A stretch of 58,557 bases of DNA, filler included, from Platydemus manokwari (Eukaryota): NCBI GenBank assembly GCA_037951405.1. It is 5 parts of 5 records of this genome, joined end to end, with 100 filler letters (N's around TTAATTAATTAA, not from the genome) between each part and the next. Parts side by side here need not be neighbours in the genome. Positions count along the whole stretch, not along the records: positions 23,092 to 34,907 come from JBBMOY010455556.1; positions 35,008 to 46,445 come from JBBMOY010671097.1; 3 more parts are not named here. One strand, 5' to 3'. Numbering within the stretch: position 1 is the stretch's first letter; every line of letters starts with the position of its first letter. The position numbers and the translations under genes are program-made. Below, piece after piece: positions 29,451-40,844 of this stretch. The notes under the pieces are model-generated. The model searched no databases. It was not told the origin of the DNA and was given only the letters and a program-made list of their open reading frames with translations.

Positions 29451-29974
29451 TGTTGGATATATCACAAATCAATTAAAGGGTTAAGAACCAAGAAAAGAAT
29501 CCTAAAAAGGCCAATACATGCAGATCCGATAAACACACATGTCGTTAACCAATCAGAATCTTTCTAATATGAATTCATATTTAGAACCTAAGAATCGATA
29601 GGCCATACTTACAAATGACAGCAAACTCAAAAATCCGCCAGTGGCATGAGAGATGGTAGGGAAATTTCAAGTATATAGATTCACGAACAAATTCGGCAAA
29701 TGAAAAATGAAGATTCGTGACATCAAGCAGACACACCCGGTAGGTATATAAAAGAGGTTGAGTTTCATGAGTGGTAAGCTTATCTTTGTGTAATTTTTAG
29801 TAATCAGTGTTTTTCATTATTTTCCATTCTGTTTTTGACATTCTGGCGCTGATCTCGTCTTGAGTGATTTTCTTTGTGAATTGTGAAAAGATTTGCCGCT
29901 GTTATTAAAATTTTGATTGTAATATTTTGGTTAATACAATTTTCAGTTATAAATTGTTGATTGATAACTCAACG
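29451..29974 (+). mobile_element. Solo LTR (family A, copy 3) with 4-bp target-site duplication
   Basis: TGTTG...CAACG termini flanked by AAAC on both sides (29447-29450 and 29975-29978). Contains CCAAT boxes and TATATAAAA (~29746). Homologous to 21142..21683. Confidence 0.7.
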
Positions 29975-30278
29975 AAACTATAGCTGTGCTAACCAATGAG
30001 TATTTTAGCATTTTGTATTTCTTGAATTATTGTTTTATCGAGTTGGCAATAATGTAGGCGTTAGTTGAGCTCATGATTTCTTATTAGTAAATAATAAGGG
30101 CGTTGGAGGAGCTTAAGAAAAATGAAGAGACTGAGCCGTGAAGACTAATATAAGTTAGAAACCATCGAATGTCGATCTCGACGCTTAATTCTAAAATAAT
30201 CAAAATTTTTGAATTCGAAATCCCATTCCAAATTAATATCTCGAGCCAATCAGTTATTTGAATTTCTCTCCGAGAAAG

Positions 30279-30461
30279 TGAAAACAAATATGCATGTCAT
30301 TAAGTCATAATCGTCGAGAATTTCTACAGCTGATTTATCACTTATATAAGTCAGTAGCCATAGCTATTGCACGTGCAATTGCTACACATAGGGATAATAC
30401 TCGATTTTATGATTACGAACACTATAATAGAAGATCATTCTGCATCGGAGATCAGAATTCC
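30279..30461 (+). repeat. Dispersed repeat family B, copy 2
   Basis: Diverged copy of 27393..27560 in the same orientation. Confidence 0.8.
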
Positions 30462-33400
30462 ATAGATTCCCAGTACCTAAGACCGTACAGTAATATACAT
30501 TTTTTATAAATTACTGATCAATATTATACATCATCTATACATAATCTTTTTAAGATAACTTATTTAAATTTAAATTTATAAAATTTAATATATTTTTTTA
30601 TAAATATTTCATTTCAAAATTATTTTTAATTTATTAAAATTGGTATTAAATTAATTCGTTTAAATTATCCTCACAATATTTATTATATTTCAATTTCTCT
30701 CCATCTCTGAATATAATTTTTAGCCTGAATCATTTTTGTACTTATTTTCTTAATTATTATCTAATATGCTTCTCATTCAATAATATTTTCTAAAGCAAAA
30801 AATGTTTTTTTATATTAAAAATAGTTCACATCATTTTTAATCCACTTTTCAAAACGATGATATTTTTTAATTTTAGTTTGAATCAAACTCATTCTGAGTC
30901 TATGCTAGTGAAGTGTGTGTGCTAGTTTTCCTAAAAAATGATTCTAAGAATGTTATTTCACTGAAACATTTGTACTGAAGTTATTAACGTCTTAATCAGA
31001 TTTGAGTTCTATTAAAAGTCTCAGAAGTAATCTTCTATCGTAGATCGAAGTTAATAACTATTTTATATTAATTACCTAAACTAAATTCTGTAACTTTCAA
31101 TGAGTTAAGGTGCAAAGAATTATTTCAAAGCAAAAATTTCTTGTTTGATACTCAAAGTCAGAAATTCTGGTTTGCATAATCAAAGTTTTCTAAGTCGTGG
31201 TTGATTTTCGCAAGCATGAATCTGTTCAATATGTACTTTCCTTTAGTCTAATCTTCTCGTTCCGTACTTCATCAATTACCAGGACAAAATCTAAAAAAAT
31301 AGAATATAAGTATGAAACAATAATAAAACTCCATGCCAAATTTATTTTTCTGATCTAAAATGAAAATGTAAGGCAATATTTATTCTATATCCAATAATTG
31401 ATGTATTAAATGTTTCTGGTGGTTGTATTTTAACTGGTCTTAAGGGGCTTCAATAAAGGGTACGGAGACCTCGCAATTGGAAAATTAAATATCAGTATTA
31501 TCTAAAGACCTTGATCAATTGCTGACTGAGTCCTTCGCGATGATATCCAACACTGATTTTTGATCGCTGTAAAATTAAATCAATCAATTTTCCTCAATAC
31601 AATCGATCGATCTATAATATTGTGAGCCAAACTGTTATGGTGTTAATAGTTATTATTGTCAAATCGAACAAATACAATATATCGAACAAATAAAATATAT
31701 TTTGAGAAATAAAAACAAATAACCCAATATGAAAAATTAACAATAAAAATATAGTTCAAATAGCTGGCACGTTGCCTCAGCCAGTAGCCAGCAGAGTTCG
31801 AAGCTGACGAAGGAAAGATATGCAGCACAAAGAAGAGATATCGTTGGAAAATTACAATTTTAGTTTAACAAACAATTCATACACTAATATAATTAATATT
31901 TTACTCAATGCTTATGAAAAATGATACTAACAATTAAACTGACGCTTACTCTAATGAATGTTAATCCTCAAATAATTCCTGGTAAAAATCAGTTTTCTTC
32001 CCTGTCTGCAAATCCGCTTTAAAAAAAATCTTCTTCGGAAGTAATTTGCTATATGCACGTCCATATAAAAATTCTTCGATTGTAATTGTATTGATTTTGT
32101 GGTAAGTGTGGTCGTTGTAGTTTTTTGTGTGTGGTTATTGTGGCGGCCGGCTCTATTTATTCTTTGCCGTACTGGCCTCTGCCTTCTATTTTTGGTAACA
32201 TTGTTACCACCGACAATAAATTTGCATTTTTCGACATTCTTCGCATATTTGTTTGGATCACATCATGCACTTTTATCGATATTTTCTTCATTATTTATTT
32301 TTGTTTATTATTTTTTTATTTTTATTTATTCTTTATTATTAAATATTCATTTTTATTTTTTATTCCTTTATAGATATTATACTCATTATTTAATTTATTT
32401 ATAAATATTATATTCATTATTTATTCTTGTTATTTTTATTTTATTCTTATTTGCCATTCTTTCTTCCCCACTTTCCTCCCCCGCTTTACTGCAATACATA
32501 AATTAACCAATGTAAAAGTGTATAAGAATTATTAAAGTTATTAAGAAATTACTAAAGATTTTCAAATAGCACTAACAATAAAATAATATAATCAATTCAT
32601 TATCAATCCATAAAATCAATGTTGCAATTGTTAAATCAATTATTTCAAATAATCAGTCACTCTGCTGGATTGAACTACGCATTTGGATTTGGTTGAGGAT
32701 TGGGATTTGATGGGTACGTTCACAGTCAAAGGCTTTGTTTTGCATGTTATCTATTTATTTTTCTTATTATGTACAACTATTTTATTGATGATAAGTGTAT
32801 TGATGATAGATGTGGGTGGGGATCCCAACAGATGTATACCTAATTTTCTCCATGACAAGATGATCTTAGCAATCAATATAGACGCGCTCTACCACACTAT
32901 AAAAATGAATAAAAAGGTGAAGAAGAAAATACTGTCTTTCAGATAAACCTTATAAACAACAGATAATAAGAATGAATAATAATAGACATACATGTATTGG
33001 TATCCATTTTACGTATGTACAATGTGTCATTTTGTGTGTTATTGTATGTTAAACATATTGGCGGAGTTAGTTAATAAATTCTTAAGGAAAAAACCAATAA
33101 TTATTTTCCTTTACAACAAATATGAACCCACAAGAAATATAAATTCAATCTCAATAAATATGAGATATTTGACATTTAATTTATTCAGTAACAAAATAAT
33201 TTATTCGTAAAAATATCTAATGAATTGAATAAAATAATTAAACGCATTCTTATTTGAGTTGGCAACAAAATAACTCATAAATAAAATATTACCGTGAATA
33301 AAAACCTTTTTTTAATAATAACAATGTCGGATTTTATTGAACATAAACCTCTATAGTGAATAAATTAGGAAATTTCATGTTATAAATTAATTCACCCGCA

Positions 33401-34907
33401 TTTGAATGGAAATTAGTCTCGAATAAACACCAGTATAAATAAGCTCACAACATCAGTAGTCTTGGCTATTATGGAACCACTAGGAACAGCAATTAAGTTA
33501 TTTGAAACCCGTCAAATCGAACAAGCCATCTAAATTCCATAAACATCTTCGATAATTATTTGCCCAATATTTACTCGAAGATCAATTTGATATTGATACT
33601 GTTCTGGGAAGATTGTTCAATACAATGCCGATAGGAAACCCCTAAGCATTTGAATAATTGCAAAATCATCAATTATTTATATAAAACATATATTCTTCCA
33701 TTTTACTAGGTTAATCCAAAAGCTCTTAAACAAATTGCTTTTACCGCTCTTCGGAGTTTATCGACCATTAGCTTTTCCAGAATTTGTAACGAAAGCTCTA
33801 GTCGTTTACGAGTATAAAACTATTTATAAACCCATTGTATTTAGTGTATAATTGTATTTTTTCATGTTAATAAAAGTGTATTTCAATCAAAAAGTCGTTT
33901 TAATATTCAAGTTGACAAATGTCATAAAAGTAATAATCGTAAAATAGTCGCCAATAGTAAAATAATCACCATTGGAATCAATTCAATATCTTTTCGTAAT
34001 GGGGTTAGGGATTAAAAATTCAGTGAATATTAATAAACTAAATAAAGTAATATCTAGAGCCGCTCATCTCGTCTTCATACGTGGATTAGAGTTGATCGAG
34101 ACGAAAGAACATGATAATATTAGGTTCATGATTACCTGTGGGTCATTAGAACTCCAGAGTACCGATAAGACTCAGATATTTTTCAAGAGTGTCAAAAATA
34201 AAAAAAGAAAATATTCAAAGACCTCCAAAAATCAACACTTAGGCTACAACAAGAATAATTACTATTTAAAGCCGCAAGTAACGAATAGAAAAGAAGAAAA
34301 CACAAAAGCCTACTCTACTACCTATATTCACATTTGTCAAATTTAAATCCGTGCTTAGCTGGTAAACCATTAAAATTGTACTACACACAATCCTTAATTA
34401 CGGATCAAATATTCTTCAAAAGAAACTATATGTCGCATTATATTGTATTTAGTAACTTTTTAAACGAATTTATCTTTAATTGAATTCTTTATATTGATCT
34501 AAAATATTGAATTATTTTATATATTACACATAATATTCTGGACTGAACTCTGTTCAATTAGAATTTAAACTAAAAAATTAAATATCTAAAATATCATAAA
34601 ATCTATAGTAGCAGTTAAGGTACCATTAGACCTAACCTTCGATAAAATCATTTGAGGCCTCTTAATGCAATTGTAATAAAAGGTCAACAAAAATCTTTAA
34701 TTCTATCATAATAGAACCTTACATTTAGTTGAATAATTGAAAACCTGAAAGCATTACATACCTGATTATTTGATTAAATTCTCGTATATTTTATTGCAAT
34801 AATAATATTATTTTACCATAAGATTTTACTGTGTTTTATTTGAATGTAATGAACCTATAATTTTTGTAATCTTAATTATAATTTATTAAGTTATTTATTC
34901 TGTTGTT

Positions 34908-35007
34908 NNNNNNNNNNNNNNNNNNNNNNNNNNNNNNNNNNNNNNNNNNNNTTAATTAATTAANNNNNNNNNNNNNNNNNNNNNNNNNNNNNNNNNNNNN
35001 NNNNNNN
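34908..35007. other. Artificial contig-joining spacer
   Basis: 44N-TTAATTAATTAA-44N. Confidence 0.97.
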
Positions 35008-38000
35008 GAATTGTACAAGATTTTCTTTAATAAACACTCAATTGTTCTAAAAAAATTCCGGTTTTTAAGTTATAGACCCAATAACAAATAAAAAATTCCT
35101 TAAAATAAATTACCTCAACGAAAAATACAATGAATACGATAAAAAAAATCAAATATAAAATACGATATAGCTATTTATCACATATTCTTCCTAGCTACAG
35201 AGCACAGCTCTGCACTGATTAAAGATTTTACTCCTCTGTATTGATAATTAACAAACGAGTTGATTGCGTTTTAGTGTTTATCAGTAATCTTTATAAAACC
35301 ATTGCTTTATTGTAAAATTTTCTTATCACTGTCATCACACCAGCTTTTTGGTTGTAGTAAGTGTATATTAAAAGAGATTGATAATAAATCCATCGATGAA
35401 ATTTAACTACAGTAGGAGAACTGAGGATTATAATAAATAATTTGTAAGTATGATTAAGCTATAGATTTTTGATAATTAAGCTCTCAAACACCATTTAATT
35501 TGTCTTCATACGAGCGATAGAGTGGTCGATGCGAAAGCAGAGAAAAATTATAAGATTAACTACTAACCTAGAGCCTTTAGAATGCCGGAGATTTATATTA
35601 ATCGTGAATAATGTTAGGAGAACATTAACACGAATATATTATTAAGTAACCAATTTAAACCTAAAGAAAACAAAGTAGTAATAAAATTATTCAAGTCAAT
35701 TTATTGTTAATTGATTTTGTAAGGTTTCATTTAAAATTTAGAGTTTCAACAACGTCTCCAAAGTCAATAGTTTTTGATGTCAAACATTGATTGTAGCAAT
35801 TGAGGTATATTAATCGAGACTGGCATAAATATGAAGTTAATTATAATTTGAATTACTTTTGTCATACTCATTGTCTTCATACATTGAATATATAGGTAGA
35901 TCCCAATAATGACCTTATTAATAACTCCTTGAGGCTGGTTTAAACGACAGTGATGGCGAGTAAAATAAAATAGACATTTTTGGCATCAATAAAATTATAT
36001 AATACCTCAACGTAACAATTTTAAAAACATTGAAACCGAACATATTCTGTATTTATATACACATTTATGCATCATCAATAGAGATTTTGTTAAAAGTATC
36101 CTTGCCAAAATTTAACTAAAAACCAAAGACATTTCTTCAAAACTAAGTGCTCAAGTTTTTGTTTTTAGTTATGTTGCTTCTGATGGAATTTGATGATGAC
36201 TATATATTTTATTGTCTGCCAAGATTGCGAGGCAGAGGTAAAATTTCATCAATATCTGATTCTTGTTAGTGCCAAAACACAGGTTACGATTATCAATTGA
36301 AACCGATAATTAGATCTGATATACAATATAACAATTAAGTGTGATACAGTATGATTGTTGGGCTTTCAAAGAAATAGACATTATAAACATTTACATGATA
36401 ATGTTTAGGTGTGCACAGTATCAAACAGTTCTTTTTATCTAAGTGTTGTAAAGTGTAAAATTTTTATATAATTATAGAATTTTAATAATAATTTATTTTA
36501 TTTTTGTTTTTGGTATTTTTGCAAGAATTCTTAAAAGCTATAATAATAATGATATCGTAAATCGTAAATTCAAAAATCCAAGGCAAATACCAGATTAATA
36601 GTTAATTCAGTAATAATAATAAAAATAATTTTAGATATATAATTTGGTTAATATTTAGTTTTGTTATAATTTCGGTTTATAATAATATTTTTGGTAAATT
36701 AAATAAATTTAATTTTGAAAATAATTTAGAATAAATAATTAATCCAGCATTTTAAACGCCATCCAGAAAAATATCAACAATTAAACCTAAAGTCAATCCT
36801 GAATCCTGAAAATAACAGTGAAGAATAAAATACAAAACCCTCATAACAACTATCCGAAATCAATTTTAATTATAGTCAGACCATAGTAACTATTGATTAT
36901 CGAAAAAGGCAACTCCCATTTTACATAATCCATCCATTATTTTCCCGACCTATTGAAGTAGTACATAACGCTTTTTATTCGTGAAACAGCTAGCTGTTTT
37001 GAAAGAAACCCTCAGATTTGAGAAGCCTTTGCTGATTATTTTGCCTAACTAAAGACAGGCCGATTCTCCGATCCAGTTAAGAAGATTATATCCTGTACTT
37101 TTCCACAAGAAGAGAATATTTATACTCTGATTTGTACAAAAATTAAAAAATGAGTGAGATTATTTCGTATAAAATCACATATTAGAATATCTACCTATTT
37201 ATAAAGCCTTGGTCAAATCCCTTAATAAGGGTACTTCTCCAATGTCATGAAGGGGCATGATAGTCATAAAACATTTCTAGAATTTTTGCACAAGTTACCA
37301 AAGTTTAAGTATATAAAAGCAGTATTAAAATCATATGATTGTAAAAAAGTATTGGAATTGTATTTTTAATTATAATGTATATTTTATTTGTTAAACGAGC
37401 TCAATTATTCATGAATCCATCATTAGTATTGATCACCTTTTTGGATATTTCATTGTGTTAATAAATAATAATAATAAACCGGAATAGTAATAAAATCATT
37501 GAGGCAATTAAACAGGCATTAAAAGGACTTAAAGTATTAAAATAATTATCCGCATAGTTTCACTTATCTTCATATAAATTGTTGAACACCTTGGTAAAGG
37601 AAAATCAATTAAGGTTCAGATGCTACCTACTGGTCAAGAGGAACTCAGTAGACTGATTAAGATGTAGGTAATGAGTGTTAAAATCATAATACCAATAAAA
37701 ATAATTATAATAATAAAAGTAAAATACCTCGAAAGGTATCATAGCAATAAATGAAATCTAATAAAAATGTATTGTAAAACAATAATACAATAAAATCAAT
37801 ACAATTGTGTGAAGTGTTGGGAACTACTGCAATCCAACTACGATGGAAAAGAAGTCGATGAATAAGTAATTTAAAAGAAGTCAAGTATTCTGTAATAACT
37901 TTGACAATGTTAATCAATTAATATTCCCATTTTGGTGATATTCTTGTATTAATTATTGTAAAAAAATCATGAGTTATTTTTATCCAGAATTCTTCTATCA

Positions 38001-39234
38001 AATTTTGCTGTAAATTTTCATTCGGTTTCTTAAAGTCTAGTGGTCCTTTTATATTATTTTTTATGTTTTCCTTATCCTTATCCTTATCTTTAACTTTCTG
38101 TTCTATAAACATGGATGCTGCCATGGTAGCTTGTAGATTACCCTGATTTCACTTATGTACATTGTCGTTTTGTGTTAATAATTTGAATAATACAACCACT
38201 TGTTCGGAAAACACATTTCACTGTCATTAATTTTTTATATATTATTTTATATATTATTTTTGATATGTAACTTAATCTTAACCTTTATTTGAGAAACTTG
38301 TTGACAACCTCATCGTCAATTTATATGTACAATAACTTGAAAAAACAGTTATCATTAACTGTAACTAAATTCCATTTGCACATTTAATGACTTGGTTTCT
38401 TATAAACACTTATTATTTATTGTAGTTTGAGTAATTTGATTTTTTAAAATAAAATTTTTGAATACATAACTTCATTAATTAGTAACTTGATATTAATTAT
38501 TAATTATTTTTTAATTATTGCCCTCTATAATAATGATTTGATGATATAAGTTTCTTACAATCATCTGGAATAATCAAAAAGATATTTGAAGCTAATTAAA
38601 ATATGAGAATGACATTTACTGATTTTCGAAATTTTAGTCCTTAAGTTTTGAAATTATTCTACTTTAGTAAATACAAACAGCACTTCATCTAGGTTCCAAA
38701 ATATAATATATATACATCATTTACCTATACTTAACTACGTCATATGACCATTGTTGATTGTTAAAAGTTTCTAAGGTAGCACTATCATTTTGATGAGATT
38801 GAAAATTATTTGGTTTGGGTGATTATTTGATTAAATTTTAATTGAAGTTCTAATTACATATGATTTATGTATTTTACAGGTTATCCAGAAATGTAATCAA
38901 TTCTAATATAATTTCAAATACGATACCTTCTACAAATTATACATAGGTCAAATTTGTAGAAGTGAAGAATTTTTTTTATAAAGGATAACTCCTTGAAATT
39001 AATAGTGTAAATTTTTAAGTAAAACAAGTATAACCATATATATTAATAATTATTCCTGAAGTTCTTTTCAATTTTAACCACAACATACACAATATAAAAT
39101 TATTTTTAAAATGCTTTCCAGAGTTAATTTAATTTAATTAATTTTTTATTGAAATTAAAGTTTGTTTAAATATCATTTTCTTCAATTTGTCCCACTAGGA
39201 TTTGTTTACATCTTTGTTGTTCTTTTCTGTACAA

Positions 39235-40519
39235 ATGCAATCTTCTACCCCATATTTGGAAGGTAATTTCTTTATGATTTTTTAATTATTAAATATCGAA
39301 TTTAATTTTATTAAAATATTAATTTGTGTAGTCGTATGTTACAAAATAATCATTTTCTTTGTCTATATAGGAGATAATTATTACTCAAATGATAGTACCA
39401 AGTCTCAAGAAAATGTGTCCGAAACTAACTCAATCAATAGCGAGAATAAAAAATTAATAGATGAAGAGTCATTAGTTGAACAGTTGCACAAAGTAAATAT
39501 TGCGATAATACATTACATTGTTTTTCAAAAATTCATAATTAATTCAAATTTATTTGTAGACTGAAGATGAGATTGCGACTTTAAGACAAGTTCTCAATGT
39601 TAAATTGAAACTTGCTCAAGACTTAAAGAGGCAATTAGGTATAACGGCAATAAACGAAATGAAGGGCGATATAATTCATAGTATAAATTCGATTAAAGAG
39701 TCAAATACGTATATTTTGATTTGAGTATTATTAACGGTTTAAAATTGCTAATCAGTTTCAAAGCGACAACGGTCGTTATGAAAAACGTAAAAGAAAAAAC
39801 ATCAAGTACCATTTCTACTGCATCAACCAAGTTTTCTCAAAAATTAGGATTGTTAAGGTTGATTAATAAAATAGTTGGTCATGATTTATTGTGCGATTTT
39901 TAGAAATACAAATACAATGAAATCTATTGAAAGTAAAATGGGAAATGCTTACACATCTATGAAGGTAAATATGTTTTGGAAAAATAATTTTCATTTAATC
40001 AGAAATTTCCATTTTTCTTTTAATATTAAAAATAAGTTTTGTGATGAATTCGTATTGAATAAGTTTAATTTTTTGCCATATTTCGATAACTACTTATTAT
40101 GCAGCATTCTAAATCAATGGGTTCGATTCCCACAAAAATTGTTAGTATTTCATTTTCTTCGATGTTGTACTAATCATTAATGTTTTGTAATTATTTTGTT
40201 GGGATATATTTAGCCGTAAATGTGTTGATATATCTAAAGTAGGCAATTAAATAAAATAGATTGATTAATTTTCTCTGAAATAATTACATTGAAATAAAAT
40301 ATTTTCAATCTTTGAATTGCCTGTTCTATTTTTGTCGTCTCAAAATTAATCAATGTTGATTTTTAACTTCATTATTTTTTTATTTTATTAAAATATTATT
40401 TTAAAATTCAGACTAAATTGACTAATTCTAAAAGTACAAACGATGGTTATGTCATTGATGAAAATGAAATCTCGCATAATAATGGTGTCGATGATAATTC
40501 CAAATCTAATAATTCATAA
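39235..40519 (+). CDS. TPD52: Tumor protein D52 family protein, ~189 aa (201 aa with the candidate cassette exon)
   Basis: Exons 39235..39262, 39371..39492, 39560..39708, 39756..39857, 39904..39964, (40105..40140) and 40412..40519, all GT-AG and phase-compatible. Coiled-coil signature TEDEIATLRQVLNVK..AQDLKRQLGIT and D52 motif LRNTNTMKSIESK. Exon 1 is the least certain. Confidence 0.88.
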
Positions 40520-40844
40520 AAATTGCAATAATTTTTATTAAATACCGATATATTTGTGATCTTTTGTCAGTAAATTTGTTATTTCTGTTTTAGTTAATAT
40601 TACGTCATTGATCTTGAATTTAAAATGATTTATTGGTAATGGTTATTTACATGTACTTAATAAAAATCATTTCGTTATTTTGGTATCTAATTTTAAGATT
40701 TTTATTGAATGTGAAATTTTATTGTTATTGAAAATACATTATTAAGCACTTGTTTTACTGGACTAATTCTATTTTTATTTTTGACTTAACAACTTAGTTA
40801 AAATTTGTATTTGATATTGATAAATATTATTTAAAGTTTTATCT

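Noticed and set aside
31803-31826. Hammerhead-like CTGACGA..GAAA
   Set aside because: Only 2 nt between the core boxes, so no stem II, and no stem III or cleavage triplet.
32099-33210. Hydrophobic ORFs (32099..32404, 32125..32373, 32683..32946, 32992..33210)
   Set aside because: Products of T-rich low-complexity sequence with F/I/L/Y bias and no family motif.
33972-34346. 124-aa ORF
   Set aside because: TTG start, no recognisable domain and no splice context.
36880-38124. Coding-like block with a possible pogo/DDE_1 motif (VLLQCHEG/HDSHKTF) and tandem ORFs at 37705..38124
   Set aside because: The motif requires a frameshift and the other DDE motifs are missing; unclassifiable decay.
39325-39340. 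TAG|TC|GTATGT 2-nt microexon in TPD52 intron 1
   Set aside because: Inclusion shifts the frame into a stop in exon 2; no supporting evidence.
40117-40133. tRNA T-arm/B-box-like TGGGTTCGATTCCCA
   Set aside because: No A-box, D-arm, anticodon arm or acceptor stem; it overlaps the candidate TPD52 cassette exon.
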